A stretch of DNA of 64,000 nucleotides from a virus, in the IMG/VR virus record IMGVR_UViG_3300010149_000002, positions 14,842 to 78,841 of that record; one strand, written 5' to 3'. Shown one piece after another: positions 45,901 through 55,076 of the stretch (within the stretch, counting starts at the first letter, position 1; every line of letters begins with the position of its first letter). The notes below the pieces were generated by a model. The model was given only the letters and a program-made list of their open reading frames with translations. It did not search any database and was not told the origin of the DNA. Position numbers and translations under genes: made by a program.

Positions 45901-46885
45901 CACCTTCTTGTATAGTGTCTGTTATTATGTCGGCAGGTTCTGTAATGCTTCCTGCTGTTATGTTGTTTAAGTTACCCTCTTCCTTACTAACAAATCTTAC
46001 TGTATCTGTATTTGTTATTGATACACTAAATTGATCTACTAGTTCATTAAAAAGTACATTTGCTGTATTCTCTGCAACAGTTTGAGCATCGTCTGTTCCT
46101 CCAATTTTAACTTCAATTCCTACTTTACCTAATGTTCCTTCATCTTGAGGCTCTTCTGTAGTAGTTCCTGATTCAGAGTACCAAACATAAAATGATTGGT
46201 CTAAACTATCTATTGTAAAATATTTTCCGATATAAATTGAACCTGTTTCTGTTTTTAAAAATTGTATTGTAGATTGTTCTGGAATTGTTACATTACTTGA
46301 ATTATTAGATACTACAAATCTAGATGTAGGAGCACCTAGTACAAGTACATTATTGTTGTCTTTATATCCAAATAAAACTTTATATGCTACCTTTGACTGT
46401 GGTGGTAGGAAACCTGAACTTAAAGGTAATGTTTTAGCTGATAGATCAATTGCTTTTGGAGCACCTGCATCAATTGGATCTACATTTGCAAGTTGCGACT
46501 CACTAGATGCTGATATTTTTTTAATACCATCAGAGCTTGTAAAATATAGATTACCATTTACTTCTTCTGCCTTTATTCTAAACCCATCTTCAACTTCATT
46601 AAACTGTCCAGAAAAAGCACTAAAGTTTCCTGATCCATCGTCATATTCTAGCGTGTCATTGTAGTATCTTATAATTCTATTCTTATAGTCTAGTACTTGC
46701 TTTACTCTGTAAGGAGTTTCAGGTAATTCAGATCCGTAGTCATTAAAACCTCTTCTAGAGCTTAGAACTCCTAGTTCATCTATGTTTACATTGTCAGCGA
46801 TTACATGGCTTCCTTCTGGAGCTTGTAGTTCTGATAAAAATGTATATAGCCCTGCAGCTTTAATTGTATTGGATCTTTGAGACAC
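42902..46885 (-). CDS. Tail tubular protein B / head-closure (P22 gp10-like) protein
   Basis: NRIYYSK..PEAVP, L.ILKTDGVY propeller motifs; size and position. Confidence 0.7.
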   Translation of the reverse strand: MSQRSNTIKAAGLYTFLSELQAPEGSHVIADNVNIDELGVLSSRRGFNDYGSELPETPYRVKQVLDYKNRIIRYYNDTLEYDDGSGNFSAFSGQFNEVEDGFRIKAEEVNGNLYFTSSDGIKKISASSESQLANVDPIDAGAPKAIDLSAKTLPLSSGFLPPQSKVAYKVLFGYKDNNNVLVLGAPTSRFVVSNNSSNVTIPEQSTIQFLKTETGSIYIGKYFTIDSLDQSFYVWYSESGTTTEEPQDEGTLGKVGIEVKIGGTDDAQTVAENTANVLFNELVDQFSVSITNTDTVRFVSKEEGNLNNITAGSITEPADIITDTIQEGDVSEGTSANCEISTIIPDGVTTDYFVQVYRTSVITVSQGLDINDIDPGEDCNLVFEQPVTQSARSTITITDQTPNSFRDTGTPLYNNPISGQGILQANNVPPIAKDIETFNNYTFYSNTKTFHRNQFTFVSVDDFGDEETSIVVGNEDVAREYVFQGEQEVTEIVCDTVANTLETNANDSYIIINSANNERKYYIWFDKGTGVNPFIDAATSIRVDLSADGIVAGDNVGQYLELALLEFGDFNITYDNVDTVTITNVNNGDTIDTSTPNSVLDSNGVLQTDNSSTDLEDTSGTGGGGSTWTITVNQQGRGEDSSTNRVLWSILPSVGQAIEETARSFVRIINKDVSSPVRATYLSGENDLPGLVLLENKDLEDKPFYIGIKNVGSIGSDIGAEFNPELPVINEDVTGIASAPLDSSVTRISTGTEHGLSIGDEIFIYAPDNNPSNDPIINNKFQVVNKVEDVGSGTFYFDIPFTITNSSSIDFLDAFFFAATQNSDNEERPNRIYYSKLQQPEAVPIVNFIDVGGKDEPIERILALRDTLFILKTDGVYTLTGFNAPFNVRLLDNTNNILAPDSAVVLNNQIFALMDDGVSVITESGSSVISRSLENKILEVTGTDVDFRLKTFGLAYENDKAYILWLPTTSEDDNATQCYRYNYYERTWTRWTVPATSARVSRKQNVLYIGDGTRPNLLKERKDRSRTDYADRNFTKQIPDNSILDKRIRLTSFIDVEIGDVLVQSQYVTIDIFNNLLAKLDLDGGVSSIDYEDTLKTKAGDSIADKLEELNLKLIADSISVTSYTWLSNLESIQTNYNALVGELNGASSGTDFKTYTETNQLTKYESIVDGKNEIRPDLNEIFVLVDPRFFEGDIEVYKAIKKVIQWNPLHFGDPSAQKQFSKGTIILDQNNFTKATVSYSSDVSQGFVDIEKNGKGVGYYSSGFYGDPDLYWGGNGNDVPLMNIIPREKQRGRYLNVKFQHGVAREGFRILGVTTVIRAVSDRAYR

Positions 46886-47856
46886 TATCTTCTCCCTTTA
46901 CCTCTTGTACCAACCCAAAATGTTTGACTAAGTGTGCTGTGTCTTGGGTTTATTTTCTGTGGAGCACCTTCTACTCTATCCTCTAAAATAGTTTGAATAG
47001 AATTTTCCATACCTTGTAGTCTCATCATTGCGTTTCTAAGACCTTCTGTATCTCCTAGTGCTTCTAGAATATAGATTGACGCTCTTTGTGCTAGTAGTGC
47101 ATGCATTTCTGTGGGCATATTCAAATAAGGGGAAGTATATTGCTCACATATATACGCACCAGTTTCAAGAGAATCTGGTAAATCTTCGGTATTAAATGTT
47201 ACTGTTTTTTGTGTTCTATTTACGCTAATAGGTTCTATATCATATCCTATAATCTTATTAGGAACTTTATTAGATACAATATCCATAGTTGGTAAATTAG
47301 AAAAATCATCAGGTATAGATACTAATGTTAATGTTGTGGTGTCATTTCCATTATCTGTGATAGAGAATGTCTTACCACATTTATCTTCTGTAATAATATC
47401 ATTTGGCATCATATAGAAATAAACTCTTACAAAGTCTGCTGCAACTTTATTAGATACAAACTTTACTCTATCGCCTTCTACATAAAATAGATCTAAGTTA
47501 TAGCTATATTTGTCAAAATCATTTCTGTAGTCTGATAGTTCCTCTAGAGTAATTCTAGATAGCTCGTATACATTATTTTCTCTAATGTAAGATACATCTC
47601 TAAGTTTGTTACCTACAGCTCTTTCTGGTATCTTAATTCCTCCTGAGAGGTCGTCAGAAGAGTCTACAGGTATGTCTATATGATCTACCATATGCTCTTC
47701 ATTTAGAGACATTATAGTAGCTAATAAGCCTTGTGTGACTTCTTCATTTAAAATTTCTAGTATGTCCTCATCGGTGAATACAGAAGTATCCGTAGGAATT
47801 AATGCTCTATTCCTTACAGATTTTATCAGCTTAGAGGCAATTATAGGTCTTGCCAT
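46885..47856 (-). CDS. Tail tubular protein A / head-tail adaptor
   Basis: LIKSVRNR..FTDEDIL.ILNE and P.EMHALL motifs. Confidence 0.7.
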   Translation of the reverse strand: MARPIIASKLIKSVRNRALIPTDTSVFTDEDILEILNEEVTQGLLATIMSLNEEHMVDHIDIPVDSSDDLSGGIKIPERAVGNKLRDVSYIRENNVYELSRITLEELSDYRNDFDKYSYNLDLFYVEGDRVKFVSNKVAADFVRVYFYMMPNDIITEDKCGKTFSITDNGNDTTTLTLVSIPDDFSNLPTMDIVSNKVPNKIIGYDIEPISVNRTQKTVTFNTEDLPDSLETGAYICEQYTSPYLNMPTEMHALLAQRASIYILEALGDTEGLRNAMMRLQGMENSIQTILEDRVEGAPQKINPRHSTLSQTFWVGTRGKGRR

Positions 47857-47859
47857 CTA

Positions 47860-48261
47860 TTACTCCATATCAGCTAATTTAGCTTCTAATTCCTTGATTT
47901 TAATTTTCATATCTTCTGGTGACATCATATCTACGTCATCAGCTATTTCTTCAAGATCACCTTCTAACTCTTCTTCTTCAGAATCATCAATGTCCTCTTC
48001 GTATTCTTTTTCTTCATCTGACATAGGCTCGTCTTCCATAAGACCTTTTTTCTTCATAAGCTCTTGTGCCTTTGTAAGACCTTTTTCAAGACCTTCCTCA
48101 GAATCGGCCGCTACAGTTACTTTCTTCATAGAATCTCCGTAGCTATCACCCATCATTTTGCTCATTTCTTTACTAAGCTCTTTTAATTGGCTTAGTTTAG
48201 CATCTTTCTTATCCATTTTGTTCTCCTTGCATAAATCACATTTATTACATCCGCAATACAT
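47860..48261 (-). CDS. Acidic hypothetical late protein
   Basis: Downstream of a late motif; alternative start at 48217 has GGAG RBS. Confidence 0.65.
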   Translation of the reverse strand: MYCGCNKCDLCKENKMDKKDAKLSQLKELSKEMSKMMGDSYGDSMKKVTVAADSEEGLEKGLTKAQELMKKKGLMEDEPMSDEEKEYEEDIDDSEEEELEGDLEEIADDVDMMSPEDMKIKIKELEAKLADME

Positions 48262-48290
48262 ATTTTGTCCTAATTTAATACTATTATATA

Positions 48291-48307
48291 ATACTATAGT
48301 TGTTAAA
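48291..48307 (-). promoter_or_regulatory. Putative late promoter
   Basis: TTTAACAACTATAGTAT. Confidence 0.65.
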
Positions 48308-48345
48308 TACTTGTAAGTTTATATACCTGTATTCTTTGGTTTAAT

Positions 48346-48361
48346 GCCCTCCGAAGAGGGC
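48346..48361 (-). terminator. UUCG-loop hairpin / terminator
   Basis: GCCCTC-TTCG-GAGGGC on the - strand. Confidence 0.6.
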
Positions 48362-48368
48362 TAGATTT

Positions 48369-48479
48369 TTATGAGCCTAATAATTTATATCCAGCAGGGA
48401 TATCAGAAGGATCAGATACTAAAGTTATTACGTTATCTTGACCTTTAGTTGGACTTACTGGTTTTGTATAAAATGCCAT
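48369..48479 (-). CDS. 36-aa ORF, truncated paralogue of the two upstream genes
   Basis: GGAG RBS; MAFYTKPVSPTKGQDNVITL... Confidence 0.55.
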   Translation of the reverse strand: MAFYTKPVSPTKGQDNVITLVSDPSDIPAGYKLLGS

Positions 48480-48490
48480 TATTTATCTCC

Positions 48491-49960
48491 TTATGTATTA
48501 GATACTGCTATCAAAAATGTATAGGTGCCATCTATTTCACCATCAAAATTCAAAAAGAAAGTATTAGAATTGTAATACCCATTTATTGCTCCGTTATTAT
48601 TATAAGTATAAGTATTTAGAGAATCAAGATTATTAACTGTAAAGTCACTATCTAGCGTTCCGTCTGAGTTTAAAGCCATAAAAAAATCTCTATCATCGTT
48701 TCCACCAACATTTTGAAAAGCCCCAAGAACAATAATTCTTCCATTATCAGCAAAAACAAAATCTTTTATCTGACCACCATAGGGTGATATAGCTGGTACA
48801 TTATTTTGAAAGTCAGTATCTATATTACCATCGGACAATATAACCCCAAAACTTTTTCCACTAATACTTTGATAATCTCCAATAACATATAAATCATCAT
48901 TCACAATTCTTAATTTAGGTGTACTTGAACCTACTTCATAAGTGCCATTATTTGTATATAAATTTGTCTTATCAAGATTAAGAGTACCATCATCATTCAA
49001 AACAACTAAATGTTTATCAAAAGAATTAACACCGTCATCATAAGTCATTCCACCAACAAGAACTATCGAATTATCGCTTAATAATCCTCCACAAGTAACA
49101 CCATTAGAACCAAAACTTCCACTAATATTAGAGTTAAAAGAGTTTCCAGTAAAATCAGTACCGTCTTTATTAATTCTTTTTACATAACCAAGAGTAGAGC
49201 TACCAAATATAATCAAGCTTTCATCAGGCATCTCAATCATACCGTCTACAACTCCCGTATATGTTCCATAATTTGTAGAAAAAGAGGTTATTTCATTTCC
49301 ATCACTATCAAACTTTATTATTTCTGTGTTTTGAACTGCTGAGTATATGTCATCATTACTATCGACAAAAATAAAAGAAGGTGTTGAATTTATAGTTCCT
49401 GTGAAGTTGGCCTCAAAAGTTTCATTTTTACTTCCATCCGGGTTAAATTTTTTAATTTGCCCTCCTGTTGAACTTGACATAAAAATAATTGACCCATCGC
49501 TTAAAGAATCAATAACATTCCCTTCAGTTGTGTATACACCATAAAAAAATTCAGAAGAAAAAGACAAATTTAAAGCAGAAACATTATAACTAATTAATCC
49601 ACTTCCGCCTCCGGCACCTAATACAATATCAAAATCTTCTACCGTTAAATCGCCTCTATTTAATTTAAGATACCCACCATCAAAATCCATGATTTTAACA
49701 GATTGTACTTCCCAGACATCTCTTGCAACACTTGAAGGGTCAAAATTACCTGTTGGATTGCTTAATGTACCATCAAAAACTAAATCATTAGTTTGGCCTC
49801 CCTCATCTGTTTTAAAAGTTACTACTACTTTATTCCAGTTACTACCAACTGAAAAATAAGGATCATTTGCAACTTTAGTTTCTAATAAAAGTTGTGACTT
49901 TATTAGAGTTGCTTCGTTTGAAATTCCCTTTTCAGGGCTACTTGGTTTTGTAAAAAACAT
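48491..49960 (-). CDS. Virion protein: N-terminal shared domain plus delta-60-like beta-propeller
   Basis: Repeats such as LNSDGTLDSDF and FNPDGSKNETF. Confidence 0.7.
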   Translation of the reverse strand: MFFTKPSSPEKGISNEATLIKSQLLLETKVANDPYFSVGSNWNKVVVTFKTDEGGQTNDLVFDGTLSNPTGNFDPSSVARDVWEVQSVKIMDFDGGYLKLNRGDLTVEDFDIVLGAGGGSGLISYNVSALNLSFSSEFFYGVYTTEGNVIDSLSDGSIIFMSSSTGGQIKKFNPDGSKNETFEANFTGTINSTPSFIFVDSNDDIYSAVQNTEIIKFDSDGNEITSFSTNYGTYTGVVDGMIEMPDESLIIFGSSTLGYVKRINKDGTDFTGNSFNSNISGSFGSNGVTCGGLLSDNSIVLVGGMTYDDGVNSFDKHLVVLNDDGTLNLDKTNLYTNNGTYEVGSSTPKLRIVNDDLYVIGDYQSISGKSFGVILSDGNIDTDFQNNVPAISPYGGQIKDFVFADNGRIIVLGAFQNVGGNDDRDFFMALNSDGTLDSDFTVNNLDSLNTYTYNNNGAINGYYNSNTFFLNFDGEIDGTYTFLIAVSNT

Positions 49961-50088
49961 ATTTTACTCCTTTATTTTTTTATGGTTGATCAACATCAAA
50001 ATCTTCTACCGTTAAATCGCCTCTATTTAATTTAAGATACCCACCATCAAAATCCATGATTTTAACAGATTGTACTTCCCAGACATCT
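49628..50088. repeat. 94-bp perfect direct repeat (49628-49721 and 49995-50088)
   Basis: Identical DNA encoding DVWEVQSVKIMDFDGGYLKLNRGDLTVEDFD. Confidence 0.95.
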
Positions 50089-50327
50089 TTAGCTTTTTCA
50101 GATATTTCAAAGTTACCTTTTGGAGATTCTTGACTAGCGTCAAAAATTACCATTTCGTGCTGATTACCTTCCGCACTTTTATATTCTACAATTACTTTAG
50201 ACCAATTAGTTTGGTCAGTAAAGTAGCTATCATTTACAACTTTACTAACGGCAGCTAAATCAGGTTTACTTAAATCAAATTCATTAGCCTGTCCTTTAGT
50301 AACGGTTGATTTTGTTAAAATTGCCAT
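49980..50327 (-). CDS. Small virion protein, paralogue of the N-terminus of the 489-aa protein
   Basis: Colinear similarity plus identical C-terminal block. Confidence 0.75.
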   Translation of the reverse strand: MAILTKSTVTKGQANEFDLSKPDLAAVSKVVNDSYFTDQTNWSKVIVEYKSAEGNQHEMVIFDASQESPKGNFEISEKAKDVWEVQSVKIMDFDGGYLKLNRGDLTVEDFDVDQP

Positions 50328-50344
50328 TTTTTACTCCTTGAGTT

Positions 50345-50374
50345 AAAAATGACCCCTACTATTAAGAAGGGGTC
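50345..50374 (-). terminator. Rho-independent terminator
   Basis: GACCCCT..AGGGGTC followed by ATTTTT on the - strand. Confidence 0.7.
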
Positions 50375-50386
50375 TCTTTGTTAAAA

Positions 50387-53128
50387 TTATTTACCGTAAG
50401 TTACTCTTATAAATTGACCCTCTTCAATAGCTTCTTCTGAAGGTTGTAGCATTGGAGACAAGAAAGTAATTCTAGATACACCATTTACAGTAGAAACAGA
50501 GTAATCTAGGCCTTCATGCATACCAAGTCTATCAACAAACATTACCATTGAATCTGGTTTAATTCCATGTTGAAGATCAACATGACCATCGGTAATCATT
50601 TGAGCAGTTACTTCAATAGACTCTTTACCAAACTGAACAACAGCAGATACGTCTGTATTGATTTGGTCAATTTGATCTTGTAGATTCTGATCTCCAGAAT
50701 CTCTGTCAAGAAGTTCTTGAGCAAGATTTGCCTTAACACTATCCATTTCAGATTCTAAAGTAGAGATCTTAGGTTCTGCAATATCTAATCTGCCTTCAGC
50801 AGCATCCATTTCACTCTCAAGTGTACTAGCTCTAAGCTCAACATCATCCATTTCAGACTCAAGAGTATCAACTCTAGTGTCATTAGAAAGAACGTATCCA
50901 GCAAAAGCTTGATCATTTGCAGTATCAACAGAATTGATTAGATCTACAATTTCTTTGAAAGAATCAGCATCAGCAGTAGAAGAACTTAGAATTGCGTCAA
51001 TTCTTGCTTTTTCAGTATCGATATTAGACTGTAAAGTTGTATCAGCAGCTTGTCTTGCAGCAGCTTCTTGAGATAAAGCGTCATCATTAGAAACTACATA
51101 AACATCGAACTCACCTTCAAGAGTTCCTCTATCAGAGATTTCTTGATCTAACTTAGCTTCTATACGAGCTTCTTCACCTTCAGCTCTTTGTTTTTCAACA
51201 AGAACGTCAGCATCGATTTCAGCTTGTAAATCAGAAACCGCTTGAGCAAGCTCTGCGTCAGTAGCAAAATTACCATCAAGAGCATCTACTTGAGATTGTA
51301 GAGTATCAAATTCTTCTTGGGTAGCGTGGTGAATTTTAAGTTTAATATTAGTCTTATGAGAAGGAGAGTGAACCCCTAAACTTTCAACCATAAACTTAAC
51401 AGAATTAACTGGAGCAATACTATTAGTACCAAAAGAAGATGTCATTACAATTTCAGAATCGAGTTGCTCTCCGACAGTACTTATTGAGCTTTTAGAAAGT
51501 TGTAACTTAGGTAGTTCTGGGTGAATTTCTGGCTCTTGACCAAAATAAACTACATACTTCTTACCAACTTCTGGTGTAGAAGATAAACCAGAATATACTA
51601 CTCTAGAGTGGTACCAACTTCCGGCATCATTAGATCCTGTAGTAAATGTATAAGCTGTTAAAATTGGACTCTCTGAAGGATCATCAAAAGACATAACAGC
51701 GTATGCAGAAAAATCTCCTAGAGTTACGACATCTTTTTGTCCATCATGGAAATACCAATTAATTTTTTGACCAGCTACTTCATTAGTGTAATACCAACCT
51801 TCTCTTAGGTTAACATCTTCTTCACCTTTTTGGGCATCAGCATATACACCAATATTGTTGTCATAAACAGAAGAATGCTTATATTCTAACATACCTTCAA
51901 TTGGTGACAATCTACCATCTAATGCATTATCGCCATCAATTCTTGATTGCTCTTCAGAATCAATATTAGATTGAAGAGTAGATTGTAAAGTGCTATCAGC
52001 AGCAGAAAATTCTGATCTAATAGCAGCTTCTTGAGCTTCAGCTCTTGATTGTTCAGCAGATACAGCAGATTGTCTATCAGAAACTTCTTGATCAATGCTA
52101 GATTGTAATTGAGTTTCAGCAGATTCAGCTCTTGATTGCTCAGCATCAATATTAGCTTGAAGATCTTCTTCAGAACTTCTAGCTCTTACGATTTCTACGT
52201 CTAATTTAGATTGAAGAGTAGCTTCAGCAGCTTCAGCTCTTGATTGCTCAGCATCGATACTATCTTGTAAGATATCATCTTGAGAGATTCTAGCAGATTG
52301 TTCTGAATTTAAACTAGATTGTAAAGATGAATCAGCAGCAATTCTTGCCTCTTCTTCAGTATCAATGTTACCTTGAAGTTGATCGTCAGCAGTAGTTCTA
52401 TCAAGAATTTCTTGAGAAACGCTTGTCTCAATTTGAGTCGATCTAGCGTTATTAGAAGAAACGTAACTAGCAAAGGCACTGTCGTTTTCAGTATCAACAG
52501 AGTTAATTAAAGATACTATTTCAGCAAATGAATCTTTATCAGCTTCAGAAGCGGCAAGAATAGCATCGATTCTAGATTTTTCTGTTTCGATTTTTGCATC
52601 AAGATCAGAATCTCCAGCAATTCTATCTTGCTCTTCGTCAGAAATTAGTCCGGCTAATCTTAATTCTTCAGCCATTGCTCTAACTTCTTCAGCAGAAACT
52701 AAACTTTCAACTCTAGTTATTTCAGATTGTCTGTCAGAAATTTCAGTATCCAATTTACCTTCAATTCTTGATTCTTCACCTTCGGATCTAACTTGTTCAG
52801 CATTGATAGCATCTTCAAGTTTACCCATGGTGTCCATTACTTCTACGTCACCTTTTAGTTCACTTTTTACAGATTCGTCTGCAGAAGCGAACTCAGATCT
52901 AATAGCAGCTTCTTCACCTTCAGCTCTTTGTTGCTCAGCATCAACTTGTGATTTAAGAGCAGCTTCTTCTCCCTTTAATAATACTTTATCATCCTGATCT
53001 AATTTAAGTAGGTCTACCTCCTGACCACTTTGGTCTTCACCCCTAACGGATTGATCTTTAATTAATTTTAGTTTTTCACCATCAACCGCACCGTCTTGGA
53101 TGTACTTCTTTTTAATTTGATTTGCCAT
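50387..53128 (-). CDS. Long coiled-coil fibre protein
   Basis: AEQSRAE-type repeats, duplicated EKxRIDAIL..DSFxEIV.LINSVDT block, inserted globular domain. Confidence 0.75.
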   Translation of the reverse strand: MANQIKKKYIQDGAVDGEKLKLIKDQSVRGEDQSGQEVDLLKLDQDDKVLLKGEEAALKSQVDAEQQRAEGEEAAIRSEFASADESVKSELKGDVEVMDTMGKLEDAINAEQVRSEGEESRIEGKLDTEISDRQSEITRVESLVSAEEVRAMAEELRLAGLISDEEQDRIAGDSDLDAKIETEKSRIDAILAASEADKDSFAEIVSLINSVDTENDSAFASYVSSNNARSTQIETSVSQEILDRTTADDQLQGNIDTEEEARIAADSSLQSSLNSEQSARISQDDILQDSIDAEQSRAEAAEATLQSKLDVEIVRARSSEEDLQANIDAEQSRAESAETQLQSSIDQEVSDRQSAVSAEQSRAEAQEAAIRSEFSAADSTLQSTLQSNIDSEEQSRIDGDNALDGRLSPIEGMLEYKHSSVYDNNIGVYADAQKGEEDVNLREGWYYTNEVAGQKINWYFHDGQKDVVTLGDFSAYAVMSFDDPSESPILTAYTFTTGSNDAGSWYHSRVVYSGLSSTPEVGKKYVVYFGQEPEIHPELPKLQLSKSSISTVGEQLDSEIVMTSSFGTNSIAPVNSVKFMVESLGVHSPSHKTNIKLKIHHATQEEFDTLQSQVDALDGNFATDAELAQAVSDLQAEIDADVLVEKQRAEGEEARIEAKLDQEISDRGTLEGEFDVYVVSNDDALSQEAAARQAADTTLQSNIDTEKARIDAILSSSTADADSFKEIVDLINSVDTANDQAFAGYVLSNDTRVDTLESEMDDVELRASTLESEMDAAEGRLDIAEPKISTLESEMDSVKANLAQELLDRDSGDQNLQDQIDQINTDVSAVVQFGKESIEVTAQMITDGHVDLQHGIKPDSMVMFVDRLGMHEGLDYSVSTVNGVSRITFLSPMLQPSEEAIEEGQFIRVTYGK

Positions 53129-53145
53129 ATGCTCTCCTCTATTAA

Positions 53146-53167
53146 ATCAAGTCTTTTTCGACTTGAT
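53146..53167 (-). terminator. Intergenic hairpin
   Basis: ATCAAGTC/GACTTGAT 8-bp stem. Confidence 0.5.
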
Positions 53168-53173
53168 ATTCAA

Positions 53174-53551
53174 TTAATACTGTATAATTAAAACATCACC
53201 TTGTTCTAAGACACCTTCTAATCCTAACTCATTCCATTTTAATCTGTTCCCTGATACTAAATAATCTATTCCATATATCTGAGTAATGCCTCCCTCTGGA
53301 GTTAATATTACATTTTGGGATATGATAGGAGTATTTGATAATATTATAAACTTATTAAATATATCTTGTTCTTGTAGCTCAATTTTTTCTACTATATCAC
53401 CTGAGTTTTGTCCAATTAAAAAACCTCCCATAGTAGAGTCATCTCCGCCATAAAAAACTTCTTGATCTGTATCGTAAACTATTTCTCCAACTTGAAGAAT
53501 TATACCCTCTCTTTGTTCTGTATTTATTCTAGGTACTTTAAATATTGCCAT
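53174..53551 (-). CDS. Fibre-associated protein (Mtd_N-like N-terminus)
   Basis: GEIVYDTD...GGD motif; C-terminus resembles that of the 913-aa protein. Confidence 0.6.
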   Translation of the reverse strand: MAIFKVPRINTEQREGIILQVGEIVYDTDQEVFYGGDDSTMGGFLIGQNSGDIVEKIELQEQDIFNKFIILSNTPIISQNVILTPEGGITQIYGIDYLVSGNRLKWNELGLEGVLEQGDVLIIQY

Positions 53552-53723
53552 CTATTACTCTCAAACCTTGATCCAATGTAGAAGAATCATTTGTCCTTTC
53601 TCCAGTATCTATTGATATATCAGCGTTTACCCCCCCTAGATCCAACACGCCTTCTGTTATCACTTCTTCAGGTTCCACTACCCACCTAATATCTAATACT
53701 TGAGGATCAAATTTCCATGCCAT
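53538..53723 (-). CDS. Small structural protein
   Basis: Coupled ORF MAWKFDP. Confidence 0.6.
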   Translation of the reverse strand: MAWKFDPQVLDIRWVVEPEEVITEGVLDLGGVNADISIDTGERTNDSSTLDQGLRVIDGNI

Positions 53724-54622
53724 TATAGTCTCTCTTTTAGAACGCTTAATATTTGGTTTTTAGCAGTATCTCCATAAGTAACAGTAACTGTTTGTACAGG
53801 AGTACCTTGGTAACTATATGTATAGAAATCAGTAACAGTATCTGGGAATGTAGTGGCAATTTCATCCCAAATAACTTCGTTTGCGTTTAGTACATTTAAA
53901 GTTTTTTTACCATTAACTTTACTAAAACTACCATTAGACATTACAAATTTACCATTGTATATATTGTATGTATAGTCTTTTAATTCTTGAGATTGCCATA
54001 TAGGGTTTCCCTCTGAACTATAAGTTAATTTTATTCTTTCAACTTCTTCTCTATCACCTGATTGATTGCTAATTACAAAACTAGTACCACCATCTATTGT
54101 ATTATTTGTTATACCTAATTTATTAGTAGTTATTTCTAATACCGCATTTTTTCTAGTTACTTTAAATATACTATTGATACTTTCTAATGCACTTTGTAGT
54201 GCAAATGCTACTACTCTAGCATCATCATTTTCTTGTATATTTACAGGTATATTAATGACTCCAGTTATATCAGGAGGATTTCCTATACCGTCTACTATAA
54301 AGTAAGGAGCGTATCTAGCTTCTTTTCTACCACTAGAGATTATAATGTAAGATCCTGCTAGTGAAAAATTAATATCTTCTATTACTCCTATAGTTGTTAA
54401 ATGTGGCTTAATTCCTGCAAAATAACAAACCTCTTCTGGTTGACTATTAGAGTTATATGTCACTGTAAAACAATCAAAATAAGACTGAACCAGTGTCAGC
54501 GACTCTTTAGTTCTAATATAATGACCCGGTAAAGAATGGGCATCTTTTAGAACTTGCATACCATCGTACTGACTAGTACCGGTAACATCCTCTACTTCAA
54601 TGTCATTTCTTTTCTTTGTCAT
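53723..54622 (-). CDS. Virion structural protein
   Basis: Beta-rich; shares a module with the 1327-aa protein. Confidence 0.65.
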   Translation of the reverse strand: MTKKRNDIEVEDVTGTSQYDGMQVLKDAHSLPGHYIRTKESLTLVQSYFDCFTVTYNSNSQPEEVCYFAGIKPHLTTIGVIEDINFSLAGSYIIISSGRKEARYAPYFIVDGIGNPPDITGVINIPVNIQENDDARVVAFALQSALESINSIFKVTRKNAVLEITTNKLGITNNTIDGGTSFVISNQSGDREEVERIKLTYSSEGNPIWQSQELKDYTYNIYNGKFVMSNGSFSKVNGKKTLNVLNANEVIWDEIATTFPDTVTDFYTYSYQGTPVQTVTVTYGDTAKNQILSVLKERL

Positions 54623-54700
54623 AATATCCTTACTATGTTATAATACTCTATACTTTAGATCTTTATATGGACACTAATGTATTCGGGCGTTATATAGAAC

Positions 54701-54730
54701 ATTATATGTCAAGCTTTTATACTCTGTCAA
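54701..54730 (-). promoter_or_regulatory. Sigma-70-like promoter in the late region
   Basis: TTGACA-18-TATAAT on the - strand. Confidence 0.5.
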
Positions 54731-54750
54731 GAACTTTTTTGTAAAATTAT

Positions 54751-55065
54751 TTAAAAACTCTTATTATACAGTAGCTTAATTGCATTTTCTCTTGGTGATA
54801 CCTTGCCCTCAAGTCTCAAGTCATCGTTTATATTGATTCCACCCTCTATTTCACCTCTATTTAGAGCATCTGCTGCCATAGCAGCCCCTGCAATTTTTTC
54901 TAGAGTATCCCTACCAATCCCAATGTCTTCGGCACTAGCAATTGCCCTATCTTGAACTTTTTTTTCTAGATTCCTTCTGACAGGCTCTAGTTTCTTTTCT
55001 GCGACTCTTCTAAGTGCATTGATAGCTTCTCTTTGCTCTGGGTCTTTAATGTTCTTAAAATCCAT
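54751..55065 (-). CDS. Hypothetical protein
   Basis: GGAGG RBS. Confidence 0.7.
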   Translation of the reverse strand: MDFKNIKDPEQREAINALRRVAEKKLEPVRRNLEKKVQDRAIASAEDIGIGRDTLEKIAGAAMAADALNRGEIEGGININDDLRLEGKVSPRENAIKLLYNKSF

Positions 55066-55076
55066 TTATGAGCCTC

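Noticed and set aside
49628-50088. Diversity-generating retroelement TR/VR pair
   Set aside because: The copies are identical (no adenine-specific differences) and no RT is present
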